Source: Mytilus galloprovincialis
Taxonomy: Eukaryota
Direction of reading: 5' to 3'
DNA: 64,000 nt
Assembly: GCF_965363235.1 (NCBI RefSeq)
Contig: NC_134842.1
Location: 34,040,757-34,104,756 of the forward strand
Part shown: piece after piece, positions 41,445 to 53,880 of the stretch
Numbering within the stretch: position 1 is the stretch's first letter
Layout: every line of letters starts with the position of its first letter
Notes under the pieces: generated by a model
Told to the model about the DNA's origin: nothing
What the model saw: only the letters and a program-made list of their open reading frames with translations
The model's database searches: none
Made by a program: the position numbers and the translations under genes

Positions 41445-41700
41445 AACGGGACAATATTGTGCAATTGAATATTTCTTGTTATTGCGCAAAACTGTGTAAT
41501 TGAAAATTTCTTGCTATTGCACAATACTGTGCAATTGAAATTTTTTTGCTATTGCACAATACTTAATATAATAATTTTGGACCCTGATTTGGACCAACTT
41601 GAAAACTGGGCCCATAATACATGTTTAGATTCAGCATATCAAAGAACCCCAAGAATTCAATTTTTGTTAAAATCAAGCTAATTTTAATGTCAAGGCTTGT
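41445..41700 (+). repeat. Fragment of the same family: 35-bp array (caattgaaaatttcttgctattgcacaatactgtg, ~4 units) plus tail (ttaatataataattttggaccctgatttggaccaacttgaaaactgggcccataat...)
   Basis: Matches 52423-52755 and 57224-57540. Confidence 0.7.
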
Positions 41701-42039
41701 TTTTTGAAATAATCATGAAATTCAGTCTCTTTTCTGATTTTTTTCTTTGTTTTGGTATTTTGTAGTCATCATAGTCATGCTTTTTAGGAAATTTATGTTT
41801 TATTGATGGAAATGCAGTGACCTGATAAAACCACCCATCTATCTACAAGTAACTGACAAACTGTATCATACACACATGACTTATACCCTGTTAGTTTTGC
41901 AGACACAACTGTAATCTATGTTATAGATGCAAGATCCAGACAGATATCTGCCAGCTACCCTAGAGGCCTATACTCAAAACACACAAATCTCATTATCACT
42001 TTTCCCATACTTTTTATTAAATATATGTGGGATACTTAC

Positions 42040-42165
42040 AGCATCTGTATCTTTGAATGATTCTGTAGCTCTGAGTATAACACCTTCATCTTCTCCAAGT
42101 ACATAGACATTCTGGATTCCTCTCTCAAATCGTTCTCCAGGTAACAAAAAGAAGGAACACTCACC
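42040..42165 (-). CDS. MVP: MVP exon E6: GECSFFLLPGERFERGIQNVYVLGEDEGVILRATESFKDTDA
   Basis: Matches MVP [34 protein letters not shown]. Acceptor ttggtag|GGTGAG; donor GCT|GTAAGT. Confidence 0.85.
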
Positions 42166-42481
42166 CTACCAAAAATACATTGAAATTAGTAATACTACTA
42201 CCAAATGTATCTTTCTGCATCATAAAGGGAAGCAATTGTCCCCTAATAAAGAAAATATGAACCTTTTGCTATCAAATCTTCTTTATCAAAAAGAAACATC
42301 AAATTCCAACCAAAAAGTTATGTAGAATTTTAAATGTATCTTATTTTGAAGTACACACCAAGTTTGCATTACTTTCACAGTTCCCACAGTAAAGTAAAAA
42401 TTGACATTGAATATTGTATTATAATCATGATAATAGAATAAATAAAGGGGTAAATTCCCATGAAACAATTTTTCCCCATAC

Positions 42482-42592
42482 CTTGACTAATTTCTTTCTA
42501 CCAAGTTGTGGTCTGCCATGCTCATCTGAAGGGTCAAGGATTATACAGTATTGTCTGCTGGTTAATGTGGTAATATTCACTACTCCAACTAC
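42482..42592 (-). CDS. MVP: MVP exon E5: [37 protein letters not shown]
   Basis: Matches MVP [37 protein letters not shown]. Acceptor atttcag|GTAGTT; donor AAG|GTATGG. Confidence 0.85.
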
Positions 42593-43021
42593 CTGAAATA
42601 AAATAAAGTCACCTTCTTTAAAGTCAGAAGCTGGACAGCCATAAATAAATATTCCTTATTAAAAATCAAGGTAAATCATTTCAATCATGGTTATCAAAAA
42701 TGATCCCTGTGCAATCAACTGAGGTTTTACAAATTAAAACAAGGAAAAATGTTACCAAATTTTTTAAGAGATTATTTTTAAGGATTAGTCCTTTTCAGAC
42801 AATTTTGTACAATTTATAATTCTTTTAAGCTTTGCGTAAGTTTGACACTTTTCCCCATAATTTGGTTACTAAATAGTATAAATTGTTCCCTTTTATCAGC
42901 TGGTTTACAGTAATGGAAAACATTTCATTCACTGGTAAGGACATGTACAGTGAGAAAGCATTGATCACATAGAACAATGGCTACCTCATTATCTGGTATT
43001 TCACACCAGTGCAATACATAC

Positions 43022-43147
43022 CTCTTCATACACATTAGGTATGTGTGTTTCTGTGTCTGTCATTTTGATCAACCATTCCTCTCCGTTCTTTCTGGTTACA
43101 CCAAAGTCGTCTTTAAATGTTCTCAAGGACCTCATATGAAGGGCTTT
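43022..43147 (-). CDS. MVP: MVP exon E4: KALHMRSLRTFKDDFGVTRKNGEEWLIKMTDTETHIPNVYEE
   Basis: Matches MVP [41 protein letters not shown]. Acceptor tcttgcag|AAAGCC; donor GAG|GTATGT. Confidence 0.85.
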
Positions 43148-43498
43148 CTGCAAGATGTGAAAGAAAATATTTAATAACTTTAATATACATATTTCCACCA
43201 AACATATTTAAGAATCATCAATTAAAGGAGTACTGTATATTTTTTGTATGATTTACTCTTTATTCTATATATTTTTCTCCTCTCAATAACATGTATTATA
43301 GATAGTAACCTTTCTTAAGGTATCCTAGATTCTTTCCTAAACAAATATCAATTGCCATCTATTTTTTTCTAAATTCAAAATCTACCTAAATTTTGTGGTG
43401 ATACAATAATGTCCATGAATCATTTCACTGTAAATATTACTTTTTTTATTTTCATGTCTCCACAAAAATATTTTGTTGGTCTTATACAGCTTCTTTAC

Positions 43499-43850
43499 CT
43501 TATCTGTTAGAACATAGGCATTGACAACATCCACAACTTCTTCATAGGCTCCTGGGAGGTAAGCTCCAGTCTTCTTCACCAGCCATTCCTCACCAGTCAC
43601 CCTAGCAACACCTTGTCTATCAATAGTCTCCTTCCTGGCCCTCAGTCTAATGGCCTGGTTCGGTCTAATGACTGTGGCCCTGACAGTCTCCTCAATAACA
43701 ACCTCTTTCCTTGGGATATATGTTCCTGGTCCTTCAAATAGCCACTCATCCCCAGCTGTTCTCTTTTCTTCATCATCATCTTCAAAGTCTAGAATAGCTC
43801 TGAGCCGAAGAGCTGAGTTGGCTGCTACCACTTTTAAGGGAGTTACAACC
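43499..43850 (-). CDS. MVP: MVP exon E3: [117 protein letters not shown]
   Basis: Matches MVP [24 protein letters not shown]...[23 protein letters not shown]...RVTGEEWLV. Acceptor tttatag|GTTGTAAC; donor AAG|GTAAAG. The upper boundary is uncertain by 1 bp. Confidence 0.85.
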
Positions 43851-44609
43851 TATAAACAATAAGGGAGATAATAAAATTTGCTGCTAACACTTTTCACGTC
43901 ATAATAAGCTAGGCCTAATATTATGAATATCAAAAAATGAAAATTTAAATCATACATTGTTAACCTTGAAGATACTAGTTTAACTATCAAACAAGTCATT
44001 ATAATTTGGAGAACGACATTTAAAGGTGTGTGATATCAAGTATAACATCTAAGACATCTTACTTCCTTGTCACTCTACTGATCAATGTTGATTTAATAAC
44101 AAATCTTAAATGTTACCTGTACTGGATAGACAATGATAGAAACAAGACCTTGTAAACATATGATTACTTCCTTTTCAATTTCAATTTTACAAATTTTGTT
44201 TTCTTCATCCTGGATGATTTTCTCATGCATATGTAACGAAACCAAGACTATTTAAGTTTCAAAAAAGTCAATTTTCTCAGATCTCATTCAAACTATATCT
44301 GTGAATATTTCAAAAGCAGATGTTATCATCTGACTAGCAGATAAATGCTTACAAAATCCCTTGCAATGGAGCAATTATGCCAGATTTTGCGATTTTCATT
44401 GAATAAGATATACGAAATATTTTGGTGGTGATTGTTATGGTGGATTCAACCATTTTATCAATACATTTGCATGTTAACTTTTATATAGGAGGAATTTATT
44501 TGGACAATTTTGTTCTATCCAAGAAAATAAGCAAAAATTTACACCCTGCGAAAATAAGTGCCATACGGTAATACATGAAAACAAAGTGTAGCATAATGGT
44601 ACATCATAC

Positions 44610-44805
44610 TTGTTTTAGTATTTCCCCAGGGTACAGTGGGAAAGGATCCTGTGCCAATCTTATCTCCTGGTCAGCATGTACAAGTTTGGCCTGTCCACTT
44701 TCGTCAAAGACAACTTTACATTCTTTGTCTTTCAGTACTGGGTTTTCAATAATACAATAATGCCTTGGGGGGACAGTGATCATACGCTCTGGTCCATATA
44801 CAACT
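44610..44805 (-). CDS. MVP: MVP exon E2: (R)[65 protein letters not shown]
   Basis: Matches MVP ...[21 protein letters not shown]...[25 protein letters not shown]. Acceptor ttacag|AGTTGT; donor CAA|GTATGA. Confidence 0.85.
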
Positions 44806-45190
44806 CTGTAAGTAAAATTGCACATATGATACACGTTTTACAGTAGCTTTTCCCTTTGGATTACAATAATAGCTTAGAGAAATGTAAGAATAATAATTTA
44901 TTGTATCTATGATGAGTTTATTTAAACATGTAAAAAAAAACTTCAAATATAATTTTCATTAACTATAAACAATTTCTTCATTTTGTGATTAAAAATGGCA
45001 GAATAATATCAAGAAATGTTCATTGTATATAATGAACACTAGTAGTGATTACACATGGCCTTACATTAAAAAGAAAGGTCTATGGAACTTTTTCTAGTTC
45101 TGTATTTTCAAGGTTCCGATCAAACATATGTCCAAGATATGTAGGTGGTCCTTTTGTTACGTGGAAGCACTCTATAGAAAAAGTCCTTAC

Positions 45191-45330
45191 CTTTCATTGT
45201 CTTGTCTAATGAAGGTCTGTGGACCTATCTCTAGTCTTGTGATGTTAAGATTTTGGTCCAATACATGTAGATAGTAATATGGTGGTATTCTGTAGATAGG
45301 TTCATCTGCTGATCTCCTTGGTGCGGACAT
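45191..45330 (-). CDS. MVP: MVP exon E1 with start codon: [46 protein letters not shown](R)
   Basis: Matches the MVP N-terminus [35 protein letters not shown]. ATG on the minus strand at 45330; donor AG|GTAAGG at 45190. Confidence 0.85.
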
Positions 45331-46077
45331 GATGATGGTGGATGTATAACAATATTATCTATAATTTAAATAACTTTGTTAATTAATGGTTTTACCCTGG
45401 TTAACTTTATGTTTTATATTTTGTCATATATATACATGTATGTGACACCATTCAGAAAATGCTAGGTTTAGCTTTGATGGGACAACACTGGTGGACTGTT
45501 GTGTGTACATTTAAAGAGAACACTGGTCAACTGTGACTTGTCAGATGTTAGCAGAATTTATTAATTTCAGACATTTTTTATTCTGCATTTAAGTGTGTTT
45601 CTGTGCAAACTAACCATCAAATAAATAAAACAAGAATGTATCCATACATGTAGTTACACAGATGCCTCTACTCAGACAGACTGACAAACGGACAAATGGA
45701 CACACAAAGCAAAAAACATACTGCCCCTAGGTGGGGTATACAAATTATAGATGTCTTATTACAAAAATGTATCATTGTAATGAAAGTTTATGCAGGTATA
45801 GCATTTAGGAAAGACAATATAAAAGTTTAATTTCCAAGATACATGTACCAATGCTAAGATGGACAAGAAATGGAAGTGTTTAACGACCTTGACTGGCTCT
45901 TCAGCCCTCGCACTGTCGGCTCAAGATGGACAGTGTCTTTCTACATAAGTCTGAGAGAGATAACAACTGACAGGCTTGCAATCTGCAGATCTATCCAATA
46001 CAATATATTTGGACCAAATGACCTAATATACCCTCAGGCCCTGGGGTGACTTATAACATTACATTAACATAAAATGA

Positions 46078-46120
46078 AGATGACAGATGAAGGGTGGGAG
46101 TTGTTTCATTGGCAATCATA
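46078..46120 (+). repeat. Short S1 repeat fragment (gggtgggagttgtttcattggcaatcatatgatc)
   Basis: Matches the S1 3' half. Confidence 0.4.
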
Positions 46121-48583
46121 TGATCTAGATATGCTAGATTAACTATCTATTATACCTTATCAAACCTATAACATATCTTTAAGAAATCATAAATTCTAAA
46201 AGCAAAAGAAAAATTGTGAAATATACCTAACAATTGTTATTCCTTAATTCAGCATTAATTTTTGTCCTACATTTTGAACCTCACTTTAAATTTTACTGTT
46301 TAGAATACAGGGAAACAAATAAATGCATCATATATCTTTTGCCTAATTTGATAAAAATGTGTGAAAAAATAAGGCATATATATACATGATAATATAAAAT
46401 ATGTCAAGAACCTACCTGAAAAAATGCTGACGCTAATGAATGGATTGGTTGGTTGGATACAAGCCAAACATAATATTCACAATAAGTACACTTTAACCTT
46501 CCCAAGTTAATCAATATATACCCAACCAAGCATTCAAGTTATTTACTAGGATAATATATACATATTGATTTTAATGATTAGAATTTGACATACACATGTA
46601 TTATAAACAATTATGTTTAGATAACTGTGTACCTTTTAATATCTGATAAAACATGTTAAAAGTTGCATTTGGCCCAGGAAAATTCATAATAGTCCAGGCT
46701 ATATTTCCTTTCATATTAAATTGATTCCTTGTGCTATCTTTATTTGCCATTATTTCATTGGGTAAAATCATGTCCTTGTATTTATACAAATGTGTAAAAA
46801 AAAAAAATCCGTCTACAGGCTTAATTGTTTTGTACTTTGGATGATGAGTAGGTCATCTTCAGTAATTAATCAGCTTGTGAAAATTAGTAATGTTTGTCTT
46901 GTTAAGTTGTAACAGAATTTTTTTCACAGAATTATATCTTAATTTTAATTGTACATCAAAAATTTTAAAATTCACTATAAAACAAAATAATTTTTATCAT
47001 ATGACATATCTAAATTTTTTTCCCAATTTTCTTAAGACTACAATTAGTTAAAATAAGTAACTAACCTTACAAAAAATTTACTTTTAGTTGGTAACTTATT
47101 AAATTGTTCCTGCAGATTAATACTCCATGTAAATGTAGGTCAAATGCTATAGCTAAATACTAAGTCAGGCTACATTATTAACCTCAAACAGTAGAAAAAT
47201 GTGTACAGCTACCATCTAAACATTTTCCTAAATAATTTACTCACATAAAAGTTCTCCAATTTATGGGTAATAAAAATGCTGGCTCAAACAAATATCTGAC
47301 CTTAGTCAGCACTGAGTGGTGCAATACACAGTAAAGTCTAAAATTAGAAATGGGGATTTCACAACCAGCTTACCTATTTACGTCAATTGGATTTCTCATG
47401 TGTGCTGGTTATGACAAGTTATACTGTTGTATAAATTGAATTGATATTATGCATATGGATGATTTTTGTTGGGTTTTACAAGTACTGAGATAAAATTCAA
47501 AACTTAAATAGTGTTTACAGCAAAATTTTATCCATATCAAAATTAATATTTTTATAATGTAAACATTTTGTACTATTCCTTTTGTATTCAGTTGACATAA
47601 AAGATAAACAACATTTACATTACAATCCCTTTTTTGTTTCTTTGAGAAGGAATATAAATATGATTAAACTTAAACCACCAGATCTGATTTTGGATGCATA
47701 GGGTGTGCATTTTCTTTATCATAATTAGAATTTCTGAAATGGAAATTGCTTTCTTACTGCAAGGTCAAAACTAATTAATTTATGATTCAAGGCCAATTCT
47801 GAAGCATCCCCATGGTACATGTGTGAATTATATTGAAGTTAATGGGGTACAAATAGGAAAATTCTTATTTATTCATTGTGACACATTCATTTTTGACATG
47901 AAAATGTAGTTTTAAATGAATTTAGCTCCTAGATAGGTCCACCTGTATGCCCGATTTTCACACATGTTGTTCCTTGGCCAGTTATCTTCAAACATGTCTC
48001 AGATTTTCAAAAACAAATTTACACCCAATGAAATTTATTCTTTTATGAGTTTGCAAACTTCATGGAAGGTTTATGAGAGAATGAAATACAATAAGGAAAA
48101 TCTGAAACACGTTTTTGGAGGTAACAAACTGTGTTGTATAAAAATCTAAAAAATATTTTGGGTTGCTATGAATAATAAAGAAGATAATTCCATTCAAGCG
48201 TGGACATCACGACTGTAGCAACTTATTACATAATAATTTATCACCATTTGAAAGATTAATCTTTATTCTTTCTTTTGGGAGCTCAATTATACAATTCAAA
48301 GCTGGATGATCTATATACATTACATCAGCATGATCAGTTTATAGTAAGTCTGACATGTCTGATTGGGGGTGAAAAAATCTTTGTATTGTGCTACCATAAT
48401 TTATCTTCTTGCTGAAGTACCAGATAATTAATAAATGATTAGGCTATCCACATTTCTTTATAAATTAAAATGACAGACTTCAGAGCCTTAAGCATTATTG
48501 CAGATTCACGATTTTACATTCATCTCAGGACAGTTTATCTTCAGTATATATATAGCAACATGAGCTATTCATGATGATCATAA

Positions 48584-48680
48584 GGGTCATTGTCGAAGGC
48601 CGTACAGTGACTTATAGCTTTTAACTTTACATCATTTGGTCTCTGGTGGAGAGTTGTCACATGGGCAAATCATGAGCCTT
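48584..48680 (+). repeat. S1 SINE/MITE-like repeat copy
   Basis: gggtcattgtcgaaggccgtacagtgacttatagc...ggtctctggtggagagttgtcacatgggcaaatcatgagcc. Confidence 0.6.
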
Positions 48681-48837
48681 CAGATGACCAATTTAAGTGC
48701 CACACTGACAGTTAGTCAAGTTGGAGGCAACAGAAAAACCCTTGACTAGGGATAAAATGATAATTTTCTAAAATGAAAATTTGACAGAAAATCTTTCTTT
48801 AAATTATTTGTTTTGTTTTAAAACGTAACATACACCT

Positions 48838-48845
48838 GTACATGG
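48838..48845. repeat. Target-site duplication GTACATGG (left copy) of the hAT element
   Basis: Identical 8-mer at 51807-51814, directly abutting both terminal inverted repeats. Confidence 0.85.
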
Positions 48846-48854
48846 CAGACATGG

Positions 48855-49015
48855 GGTCAATTACATTTGAAAGTAATTAATTACATTCAATTACAATTAC
48901 AAAATCTTCAATTAAATTACACATTACATTTGACTTTTTTTACCAATGTAATTAATTACATTCCAATTACTTGGCAAATGTAATTAATTACTTCAATTAC
49001 ATTTGAAAGGAAATT
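48855..49015. promoter_or_regulatory. hAT sub-terminal repeat cluster (probable transposase-binding motifs AATTACA / TGTAATTAATTAC); a mirrored cluster lies at 51615-51800
   Basis: Multiple direct and inverted copies of caattaca / gtaattaattacat within ~170 bp of each terminus. Confidence 0.5.
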
Positions 49016-49142
49016 TAAGATAAAACATTGAAAACATGCATTTATTCTATGATATGTACATAAGTATTATACATTGCTCTATAGTTATAACAATTAGACA
49101 GTGTTCAACTAGTATATACATTTTTGTATTGTGTCATATAAC

Positions 49143-50571
49143 TTATTTAAGCATTTTCCCATTACATTTGACCATCATCAGCTTTTCAAATGTTCCATCA
49201 GCCAGTCTGCACCTTTCCGGCCTAAATGTTTTTCCAGCAGTGCTAAATAAGCGTTCAACTGGTGCAGATGTGGCTGGAATAGCTAAATATTGCACTGCTA
49301 ACTTAGCTAGACGTGGTAAACGTTGACAGTTACTATGCCAATACAAAAGAGGGTCTTTTGACATATCAATACAATTATCTGACAAGTAATCATCCATTTC
49401 TGAACTTACAGAAATCCCTGAAGGGTTTCTTTTTCTTTCCACTGATGGGGCTGGCATGAAACTGAAAAGATCATCATTTTTTGCTCGCTTACATGGGGGA
49501 GAATTTTGATCACAAGGGGGCTCAGATGATGTAGGGACTTGACTAAGTTTGTCCTTAACAACAGCTAAACACTGATCAATCTGTTCAGTTTCACACCATC
49601 TGGTCTTAAATCTTGGGTCTAAAAAGCTAGCAAGAATATATGCTTCATCCTCTACAAACTGAAACAATCTTTCTTCAACAGAAGATTTCAATGATTTTAT
49701 CATTTTACAATTATAGTCAACTGATATAAGTTTTAACTGGTGTTTTAATCCAAGTGTTACAGGAATTGGCAAGCTAGCAGTTACAGTTTTTTCACCTTGG
49801 ACAAGGACTGTAGCTTTGTCAAAAGGTTCAAGTATAGTACATAATTCAGAAAGCAGTTTTCTCTCATAGGATGAAAGCTTAGTTTTACAGTCTATTTTGT
49901 CCAATTCTAATTCTGGCACATTCAAAACTGAGCAAATCATATGCAGTTGTGAATTCCATCTTGTAGCATTAGCAGCTTGCAATCTTTTATAATCTTCAAG
50001 GATTTCTGAAGCAATAATAGATTTCCTAACAAAACTGACAATATTTGATGCCTTTGTAATAACAGTTTTAAGGTGGGGTGAACAATCTTTCAGGCCATCC
50101 TTAACAACCAATTGTAAGGTGTGTGCAAAGCATCTTGAATGTTTGGGTAAGCAGTCGGATAAATGTAGCCCAGTCCAAAATAAAGTGGCCTGTGATTCCC
50201 AAAAATCCTCTCATTTGTCTACTAGACCAGAGATCAATGGTTAAACACACACTTTCAGCTCTTTTAAGAGTATTTACAAGGTTATTTTTTATTTCAACCG
50301 ATTTTTCATGTAGAAGTTTCGAAGATAAATGCTTTCTGCTAGGCACTTGATACTTAGTGTCAGCTTTTTCCATCAAGTTTTTAAATTCTTCACTTTCGAC
50401 AATAGAGAGTGGTAAAAGATCCCCAGCTATGAACATTATAAGAGCATTTGTCATTTCTAACTGTTTTGGATCAGACGGTGAATATTTTACACTTTTTTTT
50501 ATGCATTGTGTCAATGTTGGTTGAATTTCTTTATTCTCAGAATGCAGAATGTACAAATCTCTGTGTTTTCT
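49143..50571 (-). pseudogene. hAT transposase core plus hATC dimerisation domain, with a frame disruption at about 50100-50115. The segment between the HFI..W block and the CFAHTLNL block, which normally carries the second catalytic D, appears to be missing.
   Basis: ORF 50101-50691 (frame A) ends ...GITGHFILDWATFIRLLTQTFKMLCTHLTIGC*. The +1 frame continues ...RCFAHTLQLVVKDGLK... through ...SVERLFSTAG...MMVKCN (ORF 49143-50111). Acceptor ttttcag|AGAAAACAC at about 50572. Confidence 0.6.
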
Positions 50572-50951
50572 CTGAAAATTACAAAAGGCCTTATTTAATA
50601 TCTTGAAAATATTAAATTGTTTTAATTTACCTATTGAAATTTTACATTTATTTAAATTTATTTGATTGTAAATGATACAAAAAAAGAGCACTATTTTTTA
50701 TTTTTTGAAATGATTTTCATTTTTATCCCAGCTTATTCAAATTATTTATCTTAAATAAGTGATTTAGAAATCTGACTTCTTAAAACAAAAATAAACTTTA
50801 GTTTTAATCACAACTAATTAATTTAATAAACAAAATATTTTCCAAATTTAAATGTAAGCTATTAGAGGATATAAGATAAATGAAATCTGATTAGAAATGA
50901 AAAAGAAGCATTATGAATTTATTAATTTTTAAAATTCTTATATAGTATTAC

Positions 50952-51128
50952 CTTCATATGTGTAACAAAGTTGGATGTAACTTTATAACTTCCACTAATG
51001 AGGGTGCCACAATGCATACATTTTCCTTTGAAAGTATTTCCATTTTGGAAGTCATCAGGAACAGTAAAATGTTCCAGTACACTCTTGGAGCTCATTTTTA
51101 AATCTGATAAAATGTTTTCTTTCAACAT
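50952..51128 (-). CDS. hAT transposase exon 1 encoding a BED-type zinc finger (FKGKCMHCGTLISGSYKVTSNFVTHMK); donor AAG|GTAATA
   Basis: C-x2-C ... H-x4-H is completed by RKH in the next exon. In-frame ATGs at 51128 and 51095. Intron of ~380 bp to the acceptor at about 50572. Confidence 0.6.
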
Positions 51129-51806
51129 TCATATATATAGTGAACAAATTTTGCAAGTGATATTTTGTCATATGCATTATCCCTTCAAGAATTTAAACAT
51201 GTACCTATAGGCCCTAGGGGTATATTTATCTCTCTCTAATTAGCCTTATATCTGTTTAACATAACTGTTATAAAAACAGTCATTATATAGTTTGTAATAA
51301 AACAAATAGCCAGAGGTTATATTTATTGGTTATTTAAGTCCTTGAATAAAGTTAATTATGTTAAATCAATGTCTTAAAATATCTATCTAAATCTACTAAT
51401 TAAGGTCGAGACAGTGACTTCCTAGTGGTTTCTTTTAAAATTATGGCATGTGTCTACATTTTTTTTATCATTCAATACAAAATGAAGAATCTACCATGGT
51501 TGTGCTAATACAGAAAGTATACTGTGAAGGCTTTTCTTTGTCAGCTTACAACATTTGTTAAGATTATTGCTTTTAATAATTTTTTGAGAAAACACAAGAT
51601 TTAATCTTTTGATCCAAAATTTCAAATGTAATTGACTTGTAATTGAAAAGTAATTGTCAATTACAGGCAATTTTGGCTATGTAATTAATTACATTCAATT
51701 ACATGTAATTGAAAAAATGCTCAATTACACATTACATTCAATTACATGATAAATTGTAATTAATTACAGTCAATTACAATTACATATTTCAATTACCCCA
51801 TGTCTG

Positions 51807-51814
51807 GTACATGG
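51807..51814. repeat. Target-site duplication GTACATGG (right copy) of the hAT element
   Basis: See 48838-48845. Confidence 0.85.
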
Positions 51815-51861
51815 TGTAGCTATGACCGGGGAACTCACATTTAAAACAGGAATAACTACAT

Positions 51862-52755
51862 TTAATAACCAGATGCTCCACAGGGCGCAGCTTTATACGA
51901 CCGCAGAGGTTGAACCCTCACGGAACGGTTGGGGCAAGTATGGACACAACATTCAAGCTGGATTCAGCTCTAAATTTGGATTGTGATTAAATAGTTGACA
52001 CAGCATAGGTTTCTGACACAGAATGAATGTGGTCTAATGAACTTAAAATATTTTTTTTGCCTTTGAGCAATTCACTATGCTGTTGAATATTAATCCTCTC
52101 AAAAAAATGTTTGAAGAAATTTTCTTTTTATTTATGACATCTGGAATGAGAAAAATTTAACCCCCCCTTTTTTTCACATCCCCCTTTCCCTTTTTCCAAA
52201 ACTGATCTCAATTCAAATTTCTAATGGAGTTTGCAACAATAACTACTCATTTAAATACATCATAAAATATTAAAATGTAAAATAAAGTGCTTGTTATCAC
52301 TGAATGGTAAAGATTGTTTTAATATATCAGTTGGTAGTAAAAGTGAATATACATTGTATATTGTATAAAACAATGATTTAAGTTGATTCAACTACTATTC
52401 TGGACAAAGAAAGATAACTCCAATTGAAAATTTCTTGCTATTGCAAAATATTGTGCAATTAGATATTTCTTGCTATTGCACAATACTGTGCAATTGAAAA
52501 TATTTGCTATTGCACCATACTGTGCAATTGAAGATTTCTTGCTATTGCGCAATACTGTGCAATTAAAAATTTCTTGCTATTGCACAATACTGTGCAATTG
52601 AAGATTTCTTGCTATTGCTGAATACTGTGCAATTGAAAATTTCTTGCTATTGCACAATACTTAATATAATAATTTTGGATCCTGATTTGTACCAACTTGA
52701 AAACTGGGCCCATAATAAAAAATCAAGTACATGTTTAGATTCAGCATATCAAACT
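51862..52755 (+). mobile_element. Partial copy of the composite element: head + body + 35-bp array (52423-52660, 7 units) + start of the tail
   Basis: Head ccagatgctccacagggcgcagctttatacgaccgcagaggttgaaccc... is more than 90% identical to the other heads. Confidence 0.7.
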
Positions 52756-52976
52756 AGAGGCTCTCAAGAGCCTGTGTCGCTCACCTTGGTCTATGTGCAT
52801 ATTAAACAATGGACACAGATAAATTCATGACAAAATTGTGTTTTGGTGATCATGATGTGTTTGTAGATCTTACTTTACTGAACATTCTTCTTGCTACAGT
52901 TATCTCTATCTATAATGAACTTGGCCCAGTAATTACAGTGGAAAATATATTCTACAAAATTTACAAAAATTTACAA

Positions 52977-53512
52977 CCAGATGCTCCGCAGGGCGTAGCT
53001 TTATACGACCGCAGAGGTTGAACCCTGAACGGTTGGGGCAAGTATGGACACAACATTCAAGCTGGATTCAGCTCTAAATTTGGATTGTGATTAAATAGTT
53101 GACATAGCATAGGTTTCTGACACAGAATGAATGTGTTCTAATGAACTTAAAATTTTTGTTTTCTCTTAGAGCAATTCACTATGCTGTTGAATATTAATCC
53201 TCTCAAAAAAATGTTTGAAGAAATTTTCTTTTTTATTTATGAAATTTCAAATGAGAAAAATTGAACCCAATTTTTTTAATCACATCCCCCTTTCCCTTAT
53301 TCCAAAACTAATCTCAATTAAAATTTCTAATGGAGTTTGCAACAATAACTACTCATTTAAATACATCATAAAATATTAAGATGTAAAAAAACTGCTTGTT
53401 ATCACTGAATGGTAAAGATTATTTTAATTTATCAGTTGGTAGTAAAAGTGAATATACATTGTATATTGTATATAACAAAGATTTAAGTTGATTCTGGACA
53501 AAGAAAGATATA
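52977..53512 (+). mobile_element. Partial copy (head + body) of the composite element
   Basis: Same head and body sequence, truncated before the arrays. Confidence 0.7.
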
Positions 53513-53880
53513 CGACCGCAGAGGTTGAACCCCAGTTGGGGCAAGTATGGACACAACATTTAAGCTGGATTCAGCTCTAAATTTGGATTGTGATAAAATA
53601 GTTGACACAGCATAGGTTTCTGACAGAGAATGAATGTGGTCTAATGAACTTAAAATATTTTTTTGGCCTTTGAGCAACTCACTATGCTGTTGAATATTAA
53701 TCCTCTCAAAAAAATGTTTGAAGAAATTTTCTTATTATTTATGAAATCTGAAATGAGAAAAATTTAACCCCCCCCCTCATTTTTTTTTACATCCCCCTTT
53801 CCCTTTTTCCAAAACTGATCTCAATTCAAATTCCTAATGGAGTTTGCAACAATAACTACTCATTTAAATACATCATAAAA
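53513..53880 (+). mobile_element. Partial copy (head + body, truncated at both ends), abutting the next copy
   Basis: Begins atacgaccgcagaggttgaacccc. Confidence 0.65.

Larger units (their letters stand above)
48846..51806 (-). mobile_element. hAT superfamily DNA transposon (~2.96 kb). Terminal inverted repeats CAGACATGGGGTCAATTACA / ...AATTACCCCATGTCTG; 8-bp target-site duplication GTACATGG. Sub-terminal AATTACA / GTAATTAATTACAT repeats at both ends. Encodes a BED-ZnF / hAT transposase on the minus strand that appears defective.
   Basis: Terminal repeats begin CAG and the duplication is 8 bp, both hAT hallmarks. Translated motifs include CLTIDLWSS, GHFILDW, RCFAHTLQLVV, and the C-terminal LLYWHSNCQRLPRLAKLAVQYLAIPATSAPVERLFSTAGKTF. 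Confidence 0.9.

Noticed and set aside
49036-49326. 96-aa plus-strand ORF
   Set aside because: It lies antisense within the hAT transposase hATC coding region and is a spurious overlapping ORF.
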